63,677 bases of DNA, filler included, from Pirum gemmata (GCA_002812295.1; 22 parts of 22 records of this genome joined end to end with filler, not necessarily neighbours in it), one strand, 5' to 3'. Shown: positions 25,826 through 39,235, counted from the first letter of the whole stretch. Made by a program: numbers and translations. Notes: a model not told the origin generated them from the letters alone.

Positions 25826-26556
25826 CCATTATGACCTGGAAGTTCCCACCACGGCCACTTTTAGCAAGAAGGGCTGTGAACTTTTCCAAAGACCCATGGC
25901 CAGGCCTTTGATTTTTCCCAAAATCTCACTATTGTCATATTATATATATTCAGTCACTAATATTAATAATAGTTCACTAATAACTATCGTCTATTTCATT
26001 TCAGTTTTCCTCTCAATCTTTAATTCGGTATGATACTGTTTAAGTGTATAATTGAGCTTGTTTACAAAATATAAAATTAATTAAAACATGTCTGTTAATT
26101 TAACCATAACAATAATTTGTTTAAAAATTTATTTCAGTTTTTGAACTGGGCAACACTATTGAAAAACACGATAACATACACATAGACGAGTCTATAAATT
26201 ATACACTTCTATATAATAACGTATACCATGAGGGGCTATGCGTATATTATGATTTCGTCTAGTTCATTACAGTTATATTTTAATTTAAAATACATGTCCT
26301 CTCAATCTTCAATTTGGTACTGTTTAAGTGTATAATTGAACTTGTTTATAAAATAAATCATTAAGTATAAAATACCNNNNNNNNNNNNNNNNNNNNNNNN
26401 NNNNNNNNNNNNNNNNNNNNTTAATTAATTAANNNNNNNNNNNNNNNNNNNNNNNNNNNNNNNNNNNNNNNNNNNNTATATATTATTATTATATATTATT
26501 ATTATATATCGACATCATTATTATTATTAGTAATATTAATATTAACGCTATTGTTT

Positions 26557-26589
<33 letters not shown>

Positions 26590-26618
26590 TTGACGTTTTG
26601 TTTTCACATATTGAGCAG

Positions 26619-26986
26619 GTGATTCTGGAGGACCGTTATATCGATTTACAAGTGATCAACAAAATGTTCTTACTGGCGTTACTAGCTGGGGGGTTGGCTG
26701 TGGTTTAACAAACACCTATGGAATTTATACTAACATTATGAATTTAATTTCTTTTATTCAGGAACACGTACCTGATGTACAACTTCGTGGTTGCCAAGGC
26801 AACGAAGTTGACAAATCATCATATTTGTCACATCAAGGTAATTTCCAAAGGGTTAAAGAGGTAGATGATATTGTTGAAAACACGGGTAAATCAAAGGAAC
26901 AAAGTGGTTTAGGATCTTGTTTTGGCCATGGGTGTTTTCAAGCTTTTGGACAATATTATAATAATAAAGTGAAATCTCGTTTTTAG
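26619..26986 (+). CDS. Trypsin-like (S1A) serine protease, last exon containing the catalytic Ser
   Basis: After CAG| it reads GDSGGPLYRFTSDQQNVLTGVTSWGVGCGLTNTYGIYTNIMNLISFIQEHV, in frame with ORF 26738..26986, followed by a C-terminal extension. Confidence 0.9.
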
Positions 26987-27693
26987 TTATCCAGTTCAAA
27001 ACCTGAAATAAATTGTTACAAATTGTCATCATAGTAACACTATCGGGCATGTTTTAATTAATTTGATATTTGATAATTAATGTTGTATTTAAGAAAACAA
27101 GTTCAATTATACACTTAAACAGTACAAAATTTAAAAGATAGAGAGAACAACTGCAATGGAATAGATAGTATCGGGCATGTTTTTTAATTGATTTAGTATT
27201 TTATAATCAGTGCTGTATTAAAAAAAACAAGTTCAATTATTCACTTAAACATTACAAAATTTAAAAGATAGAGAGAACAATGTTAATCAAATAGACGCTA
27301 GTGATTTGGTTGATAGTGAACGATTATTCACTTAAACATTACAAAATTTAACCATAATGATGTATAATGTATACAATCAATCATAACCGCTATAATCGGT
27401 TATTATCGCATAATATAATCGAAATGAAATCAAATATATGCATAATATAATAATGATGTATAATATATACAAGCAATCATAATCGCTATAATCGGTTATT
27501 ATCCCATAATATAATCGATCATAATGGCTGCTGTACAAATATGAAATGAAATCATATATATATAGACACCTTTTCAGATAAATATTCAGTCCAAGAAAAT
27601 AGGGCTATATTCAGTCTGGACTGAATATTTATCTGAAAAGGTGTCTATATATATATATATTTAAAAAAATAATAAAATGGCGACTGCTAACTA

Positions 27694-27864
27694 CTAGTGG
27701 CTAGTATAGGTAGGTTCATAATAACCTGCTTCTTTCACGCCAGGGAAATAATAATTTGCTTCTTCCACGCCAGGAAAATAATCAGAATTTTGTGCTTCGT
27801 ATTTTGATTTAACTGTTGAAACCTCTAACGAATTAATCGGTGAGGCGACTGGTTTACTTGTTGC

Positions 27865-27925
<61 letters not shown>

Positions 27926-29043
27926 GGTGTTGTGGATGTTTCTGCCACTAAACACCCGCTGGGGGTTTTAAGTTTGGTCATACAATTAGAATCCATTGCC
28001 AATTCGGATGTGGCTTCGCATAACAGCAGTGGTGGTTGATCGTAGTTATTCAACGTCGGAATATTTCTCAACAGATTTAAATTAAAACTTTCTTTTATGA
28101 ACATGCTTTCGGATTCTGTGTGTTGTTGTTGTTGTTGGATGTACCTTAAACTTTGTAAACTACGATATTCTTCATCCGATAAAATCACCATGCCATTATT
28201 GTTATTGTTATTATTACTACTATTGTTCTTAGAACCTTTCGCTAACTTCTCCTCAGTATCCTTTTTTACAAGCCAACCAAATATATCTCCCTTTAATATT
28301 TCATTATGATTTCGTTCCTCTTGTTCTTGTTCTTGTTTCTTTCTGTTCTTGTTTAATTCTTTTCGTAACGCAATAGTATGCCTAAGCATGGCCAGACAAT
28401 TGAAAAAGAGCGTGACAGTTAACGCACCGCATAATGGTAGAGTGTAGCGTTTTGTAAAGGTGTTTGGATAAGGTCCTTTAAAACCTTGTAAAAAGATTTT
28501 AGTTAAAAACACACAAGTGGTAGAAAAAACGAAACAGATAAAACAAATGGTGTTGATTAGTAGCCATTTCCATTGATTTAAAAATTGGAAAAGGTAATGA
28601 AAAAAAAGGGTGATAAGAAAAAGAGTGAAACTGATAAGAAAAATAATGGAAAATATTCGAGCCTTGTCACTAGGACCTGTAAAATTGGAAATGGTATTGG
28701 TATTGGTAGTGTGGCCTGTGTTGTTTTTGTATATGATTTTAGTTTCAAATACATATACAGTGTATTGTGTTGCGTTTATTGGTATGTTGTCGATGGGGTC
28801 ATACATTTTTACACTACAAAACACTATGTAAAAGATTAAATTAACCATCAATAATAAAAACATAAACAATGAGTTTTCATTTAAAAGTTGTTTTTTTTTA
28901 ACAAATTGCTTTAAGGAATCGAGGCGGATTTGTCGCAAAATTCGATTGAACATGTTATTTTTATTATTGCCAACGCTGTTATTATTACTATTGTTGATGG
29001 TGCTGTTAGTATTAATATCATTATTATTACCGAGGTTGGCCAT
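27694..29043 (-). CDS. Four-transmembrane protein (claudin/PMP22-like topology) with a long low-complexity tail
   Basis: 449-aa intronless ORF with four hydrophobic helices, a first loop carrying N-x-T sequons, and poly-N, poly-Q and poly-T tracts. Confidence 0.75.
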
Positions 29044-29927
29044 GATGGTGGTGGATTATGGCTAACGTCGTTGTTATTACTATTATTAATGTGTTGTTAT
29101 TATGTTATTATTATTATTATTNNNNNNNNNNNNNNNNNNNNNNNNNNNNNNNNNNNNNNNNNNNNTTAATTAATTAANNNNNNNNNNNNNNNNNNNNNNN
29201 NNNNNNNNNNNNNNNNNNNNNTAATAATAATAATAATAAATACCTAAAAATACCTAAAAGTACTCAATGCCAATATGATACCAATTATATGAATCAATTG
29301 TTAGCATTATCACCATTGTTTCCCTTTTTTCAAAATCAAAAAAGTTGAAATAAGTAGCTAAGGGGCCGCGGCAGGGCGGCCACTCAGCTATGTCCGTTTA
29401 TTATTATTATTATTATTATTTTGAGAAATCTAGAACCTTAGGAGTCCTTAGACACTTCTAAGTTCCATAAGTCCCTACCACATACTACTGCATTCTCTTA
29501 CTAGTTGAGGAGAAACTAAGGAAAGTTAGGAAACTTCAAGCAACAAACCACCAAACCACCACAACAAATCTCTGTACCCAATCTTCAATCACAATTTTTT
29601 TAGTTTTTATAATTTGACGTCATTGAGCCATGATTGAGGGTTGATTTCTATTTTGGCTGAGTTCCATTTGACGAAAAAAAAAATACCCAAAAAAAAAAAA
29701 AAAAATAGCCATAATATTAATTTCAATTGGTTGTTTTTAAATATATATATAGAAAAGGAAATAGACTATGATACTTTTTTAAATATGGACCTGATTATTC
29801 TTAAGAATGTTCGTAAAAATTCTTGTCTTTACATCACTTCAAAACCTGACTTCAAAACTACTTCAAAACAGTTTCAAAACTAATGGAGCTGAAAGAAGTA
29901 AAGAAGATCCTACAACTTTGCTACAAG

Positions 29928-30179
29928 TCAACCTGCTTCAACCTGATCCATAGTGTCCTGATGTAAGCAATAGTTACTATTTTCTTGAAATCTGATCATA
30001 GTGGGAGTAAATTTACTATCACGGGGACTAGAAACTATGTTCCATTTTTGATGAGATTGTTTACCACGACAATCCCAACCGTAAACTTTATTACCAGCAG
30101 CTTGGATACCTTTAGAGTTATCTAAGCAAAACTTACAAAATGTCCGAGATTGTGAAAGCGCATCAGTTTTTAGACAGTT
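29928..30179 (-). CDS. Ricin-B (beta-trefoil) lectin-like exon or gene fragment
   Basis: After TTTAG| there are 83 open codons: FCLDNSKGIQAAGNKVYGWDCRGKQSHQKWN...MIRFQENSNYCL, with the CLD, WxC and QxW pattern. Absent from the ORF track. Confidence 0.6.
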   Translation of the reverse strand, partial: NCLKTDALSQSRTFCKFCLDNSKGIQAAGNKVYGWDCRGKQSHQKWNIVSSPRDSKFTPTMIRFQENSNYCLHQDTMDQVEAG

Positions 30180-30235
30180 CTAAAGCCATTGGCAAAATAG
30201 GATTTGAAATGTGATTATAATAATAATAATCATTA

Positions 30236-30268
<33 letters not shown>

Positions 30269-30734
30269 TATTATTATTATTATATTTTTATTTTCCAAGT
30301 ATCATAAATAATATATATATTAATAATAAATTTTAAAATAATTAATGGTTTAGAAATATTGTAATTATAATAATATTAATTAATTTATTATTAATATTAT
30401 TTTATATTGAAATACATGCTTAAAACATTAATAAGTATCTGATCAGTTGACTATGACTAAAGCCATTGGTAAAATAGGATTTATATTTTATTGGATATAT
30501 CGTGATATTTTCAAACAAAAAAAAAAAAAAGGCTAGTTTTGAGTTTACTCGCAAAAAGACTTACAAAATTTAACAACAAAAATGTTGAGTAAGGGAGCGT
30601 TTAAATAATACGTCACGTCAAAGGGTAGGTAGGTAGACGGCATTTGACCAGGATATTAACGTCAAGGGGTAGGTAGGTAGAGGAGTATTTGAAGCTGCAC
30701 TTGAGTGAGAACCAGGACCAACTTCAACTTTTAT

Positions 30735-31480
30735 TAGTTGTTTACGAAAAATATCGATTTTTTCAATATCGAATGTATATCGATTGGCGTTTTTAAAATT
30801 TCGATATATATCGAAAAAAAATCGATGTTTGGTTTGAGAACTTCGATATTTATCGAAAAAAATCGATATTTGGTTTGAGAATTTCGATATTTATCGAAAA
30901 AATCGATATTTGGCTTGAGAATTTCGATATATATCGAAAAAATCGAGATTTGGCTTGAGAATTTCGATATTTATCGAATAATATTGATATTTGGTTTGAG
31001 AATTTCGATATTTATCGAAAAAATATCGATATTTGGTTGGAATTTCGATATTTATCGAAAAATATCGATTTTAGATTTGAAAGTTAATATCGATTTTTTT
31101 TCGATAAATATCGAATATGTGAAAGTCAATATCGATATTTTTCGATAAATATCGAATATCTGTTAGTAAACAACAAAAAAAAAATAATCGATATTTATTT
31201 TTTTTATTTCGATAAATATCGAAAAAATATCGATATTGACTTTCAAATATTCGATATTATCGAAAAATATCGATATTGACTTTCAGATATTCGATATTTA
31301 TCGAAAAATATNTATCGATATTTATCGAAAAAAATCGATATTAACTTTCAAATATTTGATATATATCGATAGACTATCGATGTTTACTTATATACATTCG
31401 ATATTTATCGAAAAAATATCGATCTGATTTTTTGTCGAAAAAATATCGATAGTCGAATTTGGTCATCGATACCAAACACT
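30735..31480. repeat. ATCGAT/TCGA-rich ~41-bp tandem and inverted repeat block
   Basis: Units such as ATCGATATTTGGTTTGAGAATTTCGATATTTATCGAAAAA, then a variant unit in both orientations; ends TAGTTGTTT / AAACACTA. Confidence 0.85.
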
Positions 31481-33644
31481 AGCTAGGACCAAGGACTCCA
31501 GGACTAGCTAGGACCAACTAGCTAGTTACTGAGTTAGTTATCGATACTGTCTAGTAGCTATCGATACTAGTTAGAGTCTAGTTAGTCTANNNNNNNNNNN
31601 NNNNNNNNNNNNNNNNNNNNNNNNNNNNNNNNNTTAATTAATTAANNNNNNNNNNNNNNNNNNNNNNNNNNNNNNNNNNNNNNNNNNNNTTATTATTATT
31701 ACTATTATTATTACTAGAAAGATAATAAGAATAAGGAAAATAGAGTACTTAAACAAACAAAAAAACAAACAGAAAGACAGACAGACCCACAATAAACAAA
31801 CAAACAAACAATAAAAAAATAGAAAAATACGTTTTCGATGAAGCGATTTCCATTTTCCCAAATAATACAAAAATATAAGAACGGCAATCTTGTTATTGCT
31901 CTAGTACACTGGTGATTGTTGTTATTATCTTTACTATCCTCATTAGTTTGTTTGAAGTTGTTATGGTTGTTATGGTTGTTATGGTTGTTGTTGGAATATA
32001 GGATTATTATTGTTGTTATTGTTATTGTTATTATTGTTGTTGGTGTTATTGTTATTATTGTTGTTGGTGTTATTATTACCACATAGTTTTTTATTATCGT
32101 CCAGTTATTATCATCTAAACTATTTACCTTTGTACTCTCAATCTTTAATTTGGTACTGTTTAAGTGTATAATTGAACTTTTTTATAAAATACAACAATTA
32201 ATATAAAATACCAAATAAATTAAAACATGTCTTTTAGTTTAACCATAATAATAATTTGGCCCGCTTATTTCAGTTTTTCAACTGGAAAACATGATATTCT
32301 CCTGGGTAGGTGGGGTGGGTTTGGTCTGTCTACGGGTGTCCCTAACGGCTGCAAGCTATAGCACGGTTAGCAGCACCCTTTCTATTTGTTTTATTCAGTC
32401 GAGATTTTGGGGAAAGGTGTAATGATGTAATTATTGCTCGAATTTCTTTTTTTTTTTTCTTGCATATCGAGTCTATATAAAAATGTTGCAATATTTATAA
32501 ATATTTATTATTCGATTTCTCGAGAATGAATGTATTGTTTTATCACTCCAAATATTTATTTGGTTGGTTATGATATTTAAATTGACTTTTTTAAATGAAT
32601 AAATAAATAATATATTATACCAAATTAAATAAAATGGATTTATATTGTATTAATTTGGTACCCTTTTTGCATATTTATGATGACGTCATAATCTACGTCA
32701 TATCAGTCAAGTTAAAGAAAAGAGAATCCCTGTCAACATCAAATTACTATTAAATTACTAATTATTGGAAGGCTAAGAGTAGTTATGACGGTTTTAGTAC
32801 TCTGTAATAGTTAGAAAAAAATGCATTACGTCATAAAACGGTTCGAAACTTCGAACATTACAGCTTCAGAGAGAATAAGGTTCTAGCTAGTCTAGATGCC
32901 AGGTCAAAACGGTTTTGAGTTAGCGCTATAGTAGCCTAGCTAGTGTTAGAGTGGCAGTGTTTGAAATCACATATGTTCGAAAATTGAAATTGTTTACCCA
33001 AAAAGCTCTTCTACCAGTCCTTGGATGATTTTATAATAATTATTATTGGTTGTTGTACATACAGTATATAATTTGGTATGTTTGATTTCAGTTTTTGAAC
33101 TGGACAAGATAAATATAAAATACCAAATTAATTTTAAAACATGTCTGATAATGCATGTTTTAATTAATTTGGTATTTTATACTTAATTTTTTATTTTATA
33201 AACAAGTTCAATTATACACTTAAACAGTACCAAATTAAAGATTGAGAGGGCAACTGTAATGAAAATTTAATATTAATATTAGTGTTAGTGCCATTGTTAT
33301 TACTTTTGTTTTTAAAATGTTGGCTTTATTATTAATAATTAAAAATATTGTTATTTTTTTTATTGTTTATTGAAATATTGTTATTGTTATTTGCTATTGT
33401 TATTGTTATTGCTGTTATTGTTATTGTTATTAGTATTGTTGTCTTTTTTATTATTGTTATTGCTCTTGTATTATAATTGTTCTTGTTATTATACTATAAT
33501 TAATATTGTTACAATTGTTATTGTTCTTGTTATTGTTATTGTTATTGTTATATCGTTATGGTTATGTTTATGGTTATGGTTATTATAATTGTTATTTCTC
33601 TAAGTGCTATTGTATTATTATAATTGTTATTTAATATCGTATTA

Positions 33645-33676
<32 letters not shown>

Positions 33677-33699
33677 TAACCGGAAGGAAATGGAGACAT

Positions 33700-33873
33700 C
33701 AGCCATATGAGCTCAAAAATCAAAAAAATCTCAAAATGATCCAATTTTAATTAAAGTACTACCAAATTTTGAGAAATTTTTTAACTAAAAAACCTTATTA
33801 TGAGCCAATTGCTAGTTTTTAAAAATAATTTGGCTAGTTAATATTAAAGACTTAGAAAAGAAGTCTAAAATAT
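33700..33873 (+). repeat. Dispersed repeat shared with ~39270-39455 (opposite strand)
   Basis: Collinear blocks ATGAGCTCAAAAATC, AAAGTACTACCAAA, TGAGCCAAT, AAAATAATTTGGCTAGTTA and AAAAGAAGTCTAAAA occur on two different contigs. Confidence 0.65.
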
Positions 33874-34572
33874 GATATATTCGGTGTATATTTCTACAGT
33901 TTTATCCGGCTAAAAAAAAGGGTTGTAGGGCTGTGTTGTAGGGAGTGTAGGGCAGCTGGTGTAGGGTCCGTACTCCGTAGGGTTACTGGGTTAGGGTTAG
34001 GGTTACTGGACTGTTACTGGGTTAGGGTTAGAAAAAAATAAAAAATAAAAAATAAAAAATAAAAAAATGTTATTTATAAAAATGTTATCACATTGTTATT
34101 GTAGCTTTTTTATTGGCATATCGATTTATTTATTGAATTTTATTGAATTGAAATTTTTGGAAATGTTCAATTTTCTGAATGTTGATTGGGTACCTGGATA
34201 CATCAAAAAAAAAAAAAAAAAAAAAAAACGATTTGTTTTTTTTTTCTGGATTACACTTCCCCTAGGTTGGGCTCCTGAATTTTTTTTACCTTCTTTCATT
34301 TTAATCCTTATCCTAACCCTAACCCNNNNNNNNNNNNNNNNNNNNNNNNNNNNNNNNNNNNNNNNNNNNTTAATTAATTAANNNNNNNNNNNNNNNNNNN
34401 NNNNNNNNNNNNNNNNNNNNNNNNNGTTATTGTTATTGTTATTGTTGTTATTGTTATTGTTATCGTTATCGTTATTGTTATTGTTATTGTTATTGTTATT
34501 GTTACTGTCACTGTTATTGCTATTGCTATTGCTATTGTTATTGTTACTGTTATGTTTGCTTTCTTATATTAC

Positions 34573-35414
34573 CCGAAAACATGTGGAAACAACTTCACAG
34601 CTCGATTTTGAAGTCTTTTTTTATCATTTTGTTTTATCCTAGATATCATCCACTCTGCCACTTTACTTTTATCATAAAGTGTAGATACATGTTGAGGTCG
34701 ACTTCCTTGTTGTTGCTGTAATTGTTTTCGGTCTTTTTGTTCTTGCTCTTGCTCTTCCTCTTGTTTTTGTTTTTGTTTTTGTTTTTTTTTTTGTGTTTGT
34801 TCAGGTTGTTCTTGTTCTTGTTCTTGTTCTTGTTCTTGTTCTTGTTCTTGTTCTTGTTCTTGTTCTTGTTCTTGTTCTTGTTCTTGTTCTTGTTCTTGTT
34901 CTTGTTCTTGTTCTTGTTNNNNNNNNNNNNTTCTTGTTCTTGTTCTTGTTCTTGTTCTTGTTCTTGTTCTTGTTCTTGTTCTTGTTCTTGTTCTTGTTCT
35001 TGTTCTTGTTCTTGTTCTTGTTCTTGCTCTTGTTCTTGTTGTTTTTTATTTCTTTTGGGCCTTTTAGATTTTCTATTGTTATCAGAAAGAGAAGTTGATG
35101 GCTCCTTCGAATCAATAATGGAGGAGTGAGATGAATCGTGTGTTTGTGATGTAGTTGACGTTATTGAGTTTTCATATTGATTTTGTGGTTGTTGTGGCTG
35201 TGGTTGTGGTTGTGGTTGTGGTTGTGGTTGTGGTGGTTGTGGTTGTGGTTGGTATTGTTGAAGTACTTGCTGTTGCAAAGATTGATTTGTTAAAGATAAT
35301 TGAGTTGGTATAGTAAGAGATGTTGGGGATAATAAAGGTGTTTGTAAATCAGAATCAAGTGGAAAACCTGACATATTTCTAAAAGGTTGTATTTGGGTTA
35401 ACTCCATTTTTCTA

Positions 35415-35481
<67 letters not shown>

Positions 35482-35485
35482 GGTC

Positions 35486-35538
<53 letters not shown>

Positions 35539-37032
35539 GGTCTACATAACTTAAACCCAAAGTGTTGTTTAATGAATTTTGAGTCTGTTGTTGTTGTTGT
35601 TGTTGTTGTCTATGTAACTTTAGTTGATTATTAAATTGCTCAAAAGACGTTAATGGGTTGAATTGTTGGATTGGATTGATTGTAAAGTCGGGTAAGCTAT
35701 TTATAGAAGTTATGGAATCAAAATTTTCTAATGATGGTTGTTGTGGGAATGGATTGCCATTTTGTTGTGAATGCAGTTGAGTTTGTTGTAGTTCTTGGGG
35801 TGCTTTTGGTTGTGGATGTGATGGTTGTGATGGTTGTGATAGTGCTTGTGGTGATGGTGGTTGCGGTTGTGGTGGTTGCAGTTGTGGTTGTTGTGATTGT
35901 AATTTTTGACAAAGCTGTTGTGGTATTTTTGGTATTTGACTTTCTTGCACTTGGATATATTGTATTCCTGAGAGTTTTTGAATATTTTTCGAAATGTTCT
36001 TTTTTTTTGGTTTGGATTTTTTGATACCCTTTTTTGCTTTAGCTTTTTTGGTACCTTTTTTTACTTTAGTACTTTTGATTGATTTACTTTCATGCCGACT
36101 ATCATTTTGTTCTTCCGTGTCACGGTCGTTTTGAATCTGTGACTGTGGTTCTGGTTCTGGTTCTGGTTGTTCCCGCTCTTGCTGCTGTGGTTGTTGTGGT
36201 TGAACTATTAATTTATGATTGTGATGTTGAAAACCATGTTGTTGTTGTTGCTGTTGTAGTAAATCAAAATATTGGGATGGCTTCGTTTGCTGTTGTTGTT
36301 GAAATTGTTGTTGTTGAAGTTGGAGTTGAAATTGAAGTTGCTGTTCACTTACATAAGACGAGGAAGATTGAAGATAGTGTTTTTCTTTTTGTTGTTGTTC
36401 TTGCTGTTGTTGTTGTTGTTTTATAAATTGCTGTGTTAAATAAGTATGGTGTGGTAGTAAATCTTGGCCACTTAAGCATTGGCTTTTATTTTCACTACTT
36501 GTAGTTGGTGTCAATTCCGTCCCTTTAGAAGGCTGAAGTTGTAGGTTTAAATCTAGAGTTTTATTTTTTCTTGAACGCAGCTGTAATTGCAATCGTAATT
36601 GATCTGCCATTTGTTGGTGAGCTAATTGCGTTGATATTTGTTGTTGTTGTTGCTGTTGTTTCCTCTGTTCCTGTTGTCTTATATAATATTGTTTTCTTAT
36701 ATAATCCTGGTGTTGGGGTTTAACAGAACGACGAGTACGCTCATGATTTTCGCGTTTAGAAAAATATTCTTCTGATTCGCTTTTCGCTTTTTTCTTAAAA
36801 TTTGATTGTTGAATGAGTTGTTGATTTGGTTGTACCAGTTGTTGATTTGGTTGCACCAGTTGTTGATTTGGTTCAGTTGATTGTAGTTTATTTGATTGTT
36901 GGTATCTAGGAGACAATGGTGAAGGTGGTGGTGATGATAATGAAGATGATGACGACTGAATGTCTTGATGGTGTAATGGGGGTGGTGGGGGTGGTGAGGG
37001 TTGTTGTTGTTGTTGTTGTTGTTGTTGTCGTT
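34573..37032 (-). CDS. Large exon of a Gln/Pro-rich low-complexity protein, incomplete at both ends
   Basis: Open from the contig end. After the N gap at 34919-34930 the better frame is (QE)n then VSTLYDKSKVAEWMISRIKQNDKKRLQNRAVKLFPHVF, ending at donor GG|GTAATA; the (NK)n frame in the track is probably a gap-length artefact. Confidence 0.75.
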
Positions 37033-37132
37033 NNNNNNNNNNNNNNNNNNNNNNNNNNNNNNNNNNNNNNNNNNNNTTAATTAATTAANNNNNNNNNNNN
37101 NNNNNNNNNNNNNNNNNNNNNNNNNNNNNNNN

Positions 37133-38915
37133 GTTTCTGGTTGTGGAGCAGGCTTGGTTTCTGGTTGTGGAGCAGGCTTGATTTCCGGTTGTGGAGCAGG
37201 CTTGGTTTCTGGTTGTGGAGCAGGTTTGGTTTCCGGTTGTGGAGCAGGTTTGGTTTCAGGTTGTGGAGCAGGTTTGGTTTCAGGTTGAGGGACAGGTTTG
37301 ATTTCAGGCTCAGTGGGTACTGGCATCGGTTTGGGTTCTGGTTCTGTGGGTGGCATAGGTATTGGTATTGGCTTAGGCTGGGGTGCAGTTTCCTCCTCTT
37401 TTTTCTTCTCTTCTTCTTCTTTTTGCTTCTGTTCTTCATCTTTTTCTTTTTGCTCTTTTTCCTTTTGCTTCTTTTGCTCTTCCTCCTCTTTCTTTTTTTC
37501 TTCTTCTTCTTTGTGCTTCTGTTCCTCTTCTTTTTTCTTTAGCTCTTCTTCCTCTTTCTTCTTTTCTTCATCATCTTTTTTCTTTTGCTCTTCTTCCTCT
37601 GTTTGCCTCTGTTCTTCTTCTTTTTGCTTTTGTTCTTCATCTTTTTGCTTTTGCTTTTCTTCCTCTTTCTTCTTTTCTTCTTCTTTCTTCTTTTCTTCTT
37701 CTTTCTTCTTTTCTTCTTCTTCCTTTTGTTCTTCTTCTTTTTGCTTTTGCTCTTCTTCCTCTATCTGTTTTTCTTCTTCTTTTTGCTTCTGTTCTTCTTC
37801 TTTTTTCTTTTGCTCTTTTTCTTTCTTCTTTTGCTCTTCGTCCTCTTTTTGCTTCTGTTCCTCTTCTTTTTTCTTTTGCTCTTCCTCTTTCTTCTTCTCT
37901 TCTTGTTCTTGTTGCTTTTGTTCCTCTTTTTTCTTTTGCTCTTCTTCCTCTTTCTTCTTTTCTTCTTCTTCCTTTTTCTTCTTTTCTTCTTCCTTTTGCT
38001 TCTGTTCCTCTTCTTTTTTCTTTTGCTCTTCCTCTTTCTTCTTCTCCTCTTGTTCTTTTTGCTTTTGTTCTTCTTCTTTTTTCTTTTGTTCTTCTTCCTC
38101 TTTCTTCTTTCTCTGTTCTTCTTCTTCCTGTTTCTTCTCTTCTTCCTCTTTAGCTGGTTTATGGTATTAATATTAATAATTGAAAAGCTTTAAAACACAC
38201 AATGGTAAAGGATAATGATTTCTTACATATTGTATATAATATATATAATGATCATGCTATTAAATCATAGTAATATTAATAATAATTGTAATAATAATTA
38301 CCTTTCTTTTCTTCCTCCTTTTTCTTCTTCTCCTCTTCTTCCTTTTGCTTCTTTTGCTCTTCTTCCTCTTTCTTCTTTTTCTGTTCTTCTTCTTCCTTTT
38401 TCTTCTCTTCTTCCTCTTTAGCTGGTTTATGATATTAATTAATATTAATGGTTAAAATACAATGGTAAAAAGGATAATAAACTTGAAATGATAATGATAA
38501 TGATAATATGAATAATTATAAGTATAATATATTATTATAATAATAATTACTCACCTTTTTTTTCTTCCTCCTCTTTTTTTTTTTTCTGTTCTTCCTCTTC
38601 TTTTTTCTTCTCTTCCTCTTTCTTCTTTTCTTCTTCTTTTTGCTTCTGTTCCTCTTCTGCGTTTAAATCGATATCCATTGTTGCAGGTGCTGGTGGTTCT
38701 TCACGTTTTCCTCTCACATGAGCAACATCGTACTCACAGCATTGTGCAAACTCATTTTGTAGTTTAAACTGGTTAGCAGTATTTTTACAAGCATTATTAC
38801 CATTTTTCTTGAAAAATTTATTACAATCAACTGCGTCTTTGTTTGCAACAGATATAGATAAAGTATTACTTGCACCAAACAATAGTACAGAGATAACTAC
38901 ATGAAAGAACTTCAT
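37133..38915 (-). CDS. Secreted protein: signal peptide, small Cys module, long E/K/Q-rich helix, PAPQPETK repeats; exons 38915-38555, 38421-38302, 38153-contig end
   Basis: N-terminus MKFFHVVISVLLFGASNTLS; two phase-1 GT-AG introns keep the frame; 24-bp tandem repeats at 37133-37285. Confidence 0.85.
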
Positions 38916-39202
38916 ATTAATTAACCAGATTTTTTTTATTACTTTTTTTAAATTTTTTTTTATTATTATATATATTGTTTGTTTTTTTGTTTTTTTTGAT
39001 CAGCCACTGCCTTAATATTATAATAATGTATGCAAAAGATGTGTATTTTTTGACTTTTACAAAAGACTTATTATTATTATTAATAATTTTTTTTATTTTT
39101 TTTTGATGAGCCACTACCTTTTATATGAATACTGTTTGGTCATGGTTTAGTACAAAACTTTGTAAAAATTTAATAATGTATGCGTAGATAGTCTATGTTT
39201 TG

Positions 39203-39235
<33 letters not shown>

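Noticed and set aside
37141..38193. Phe/Ser/Leu-rich plus-strand ORFs
   Set aside because: Antisense shadows of the E/K/Q-rich minus-strand exon; 8307..8948, 40978..41544 and 51368..51721 are similar shadows.
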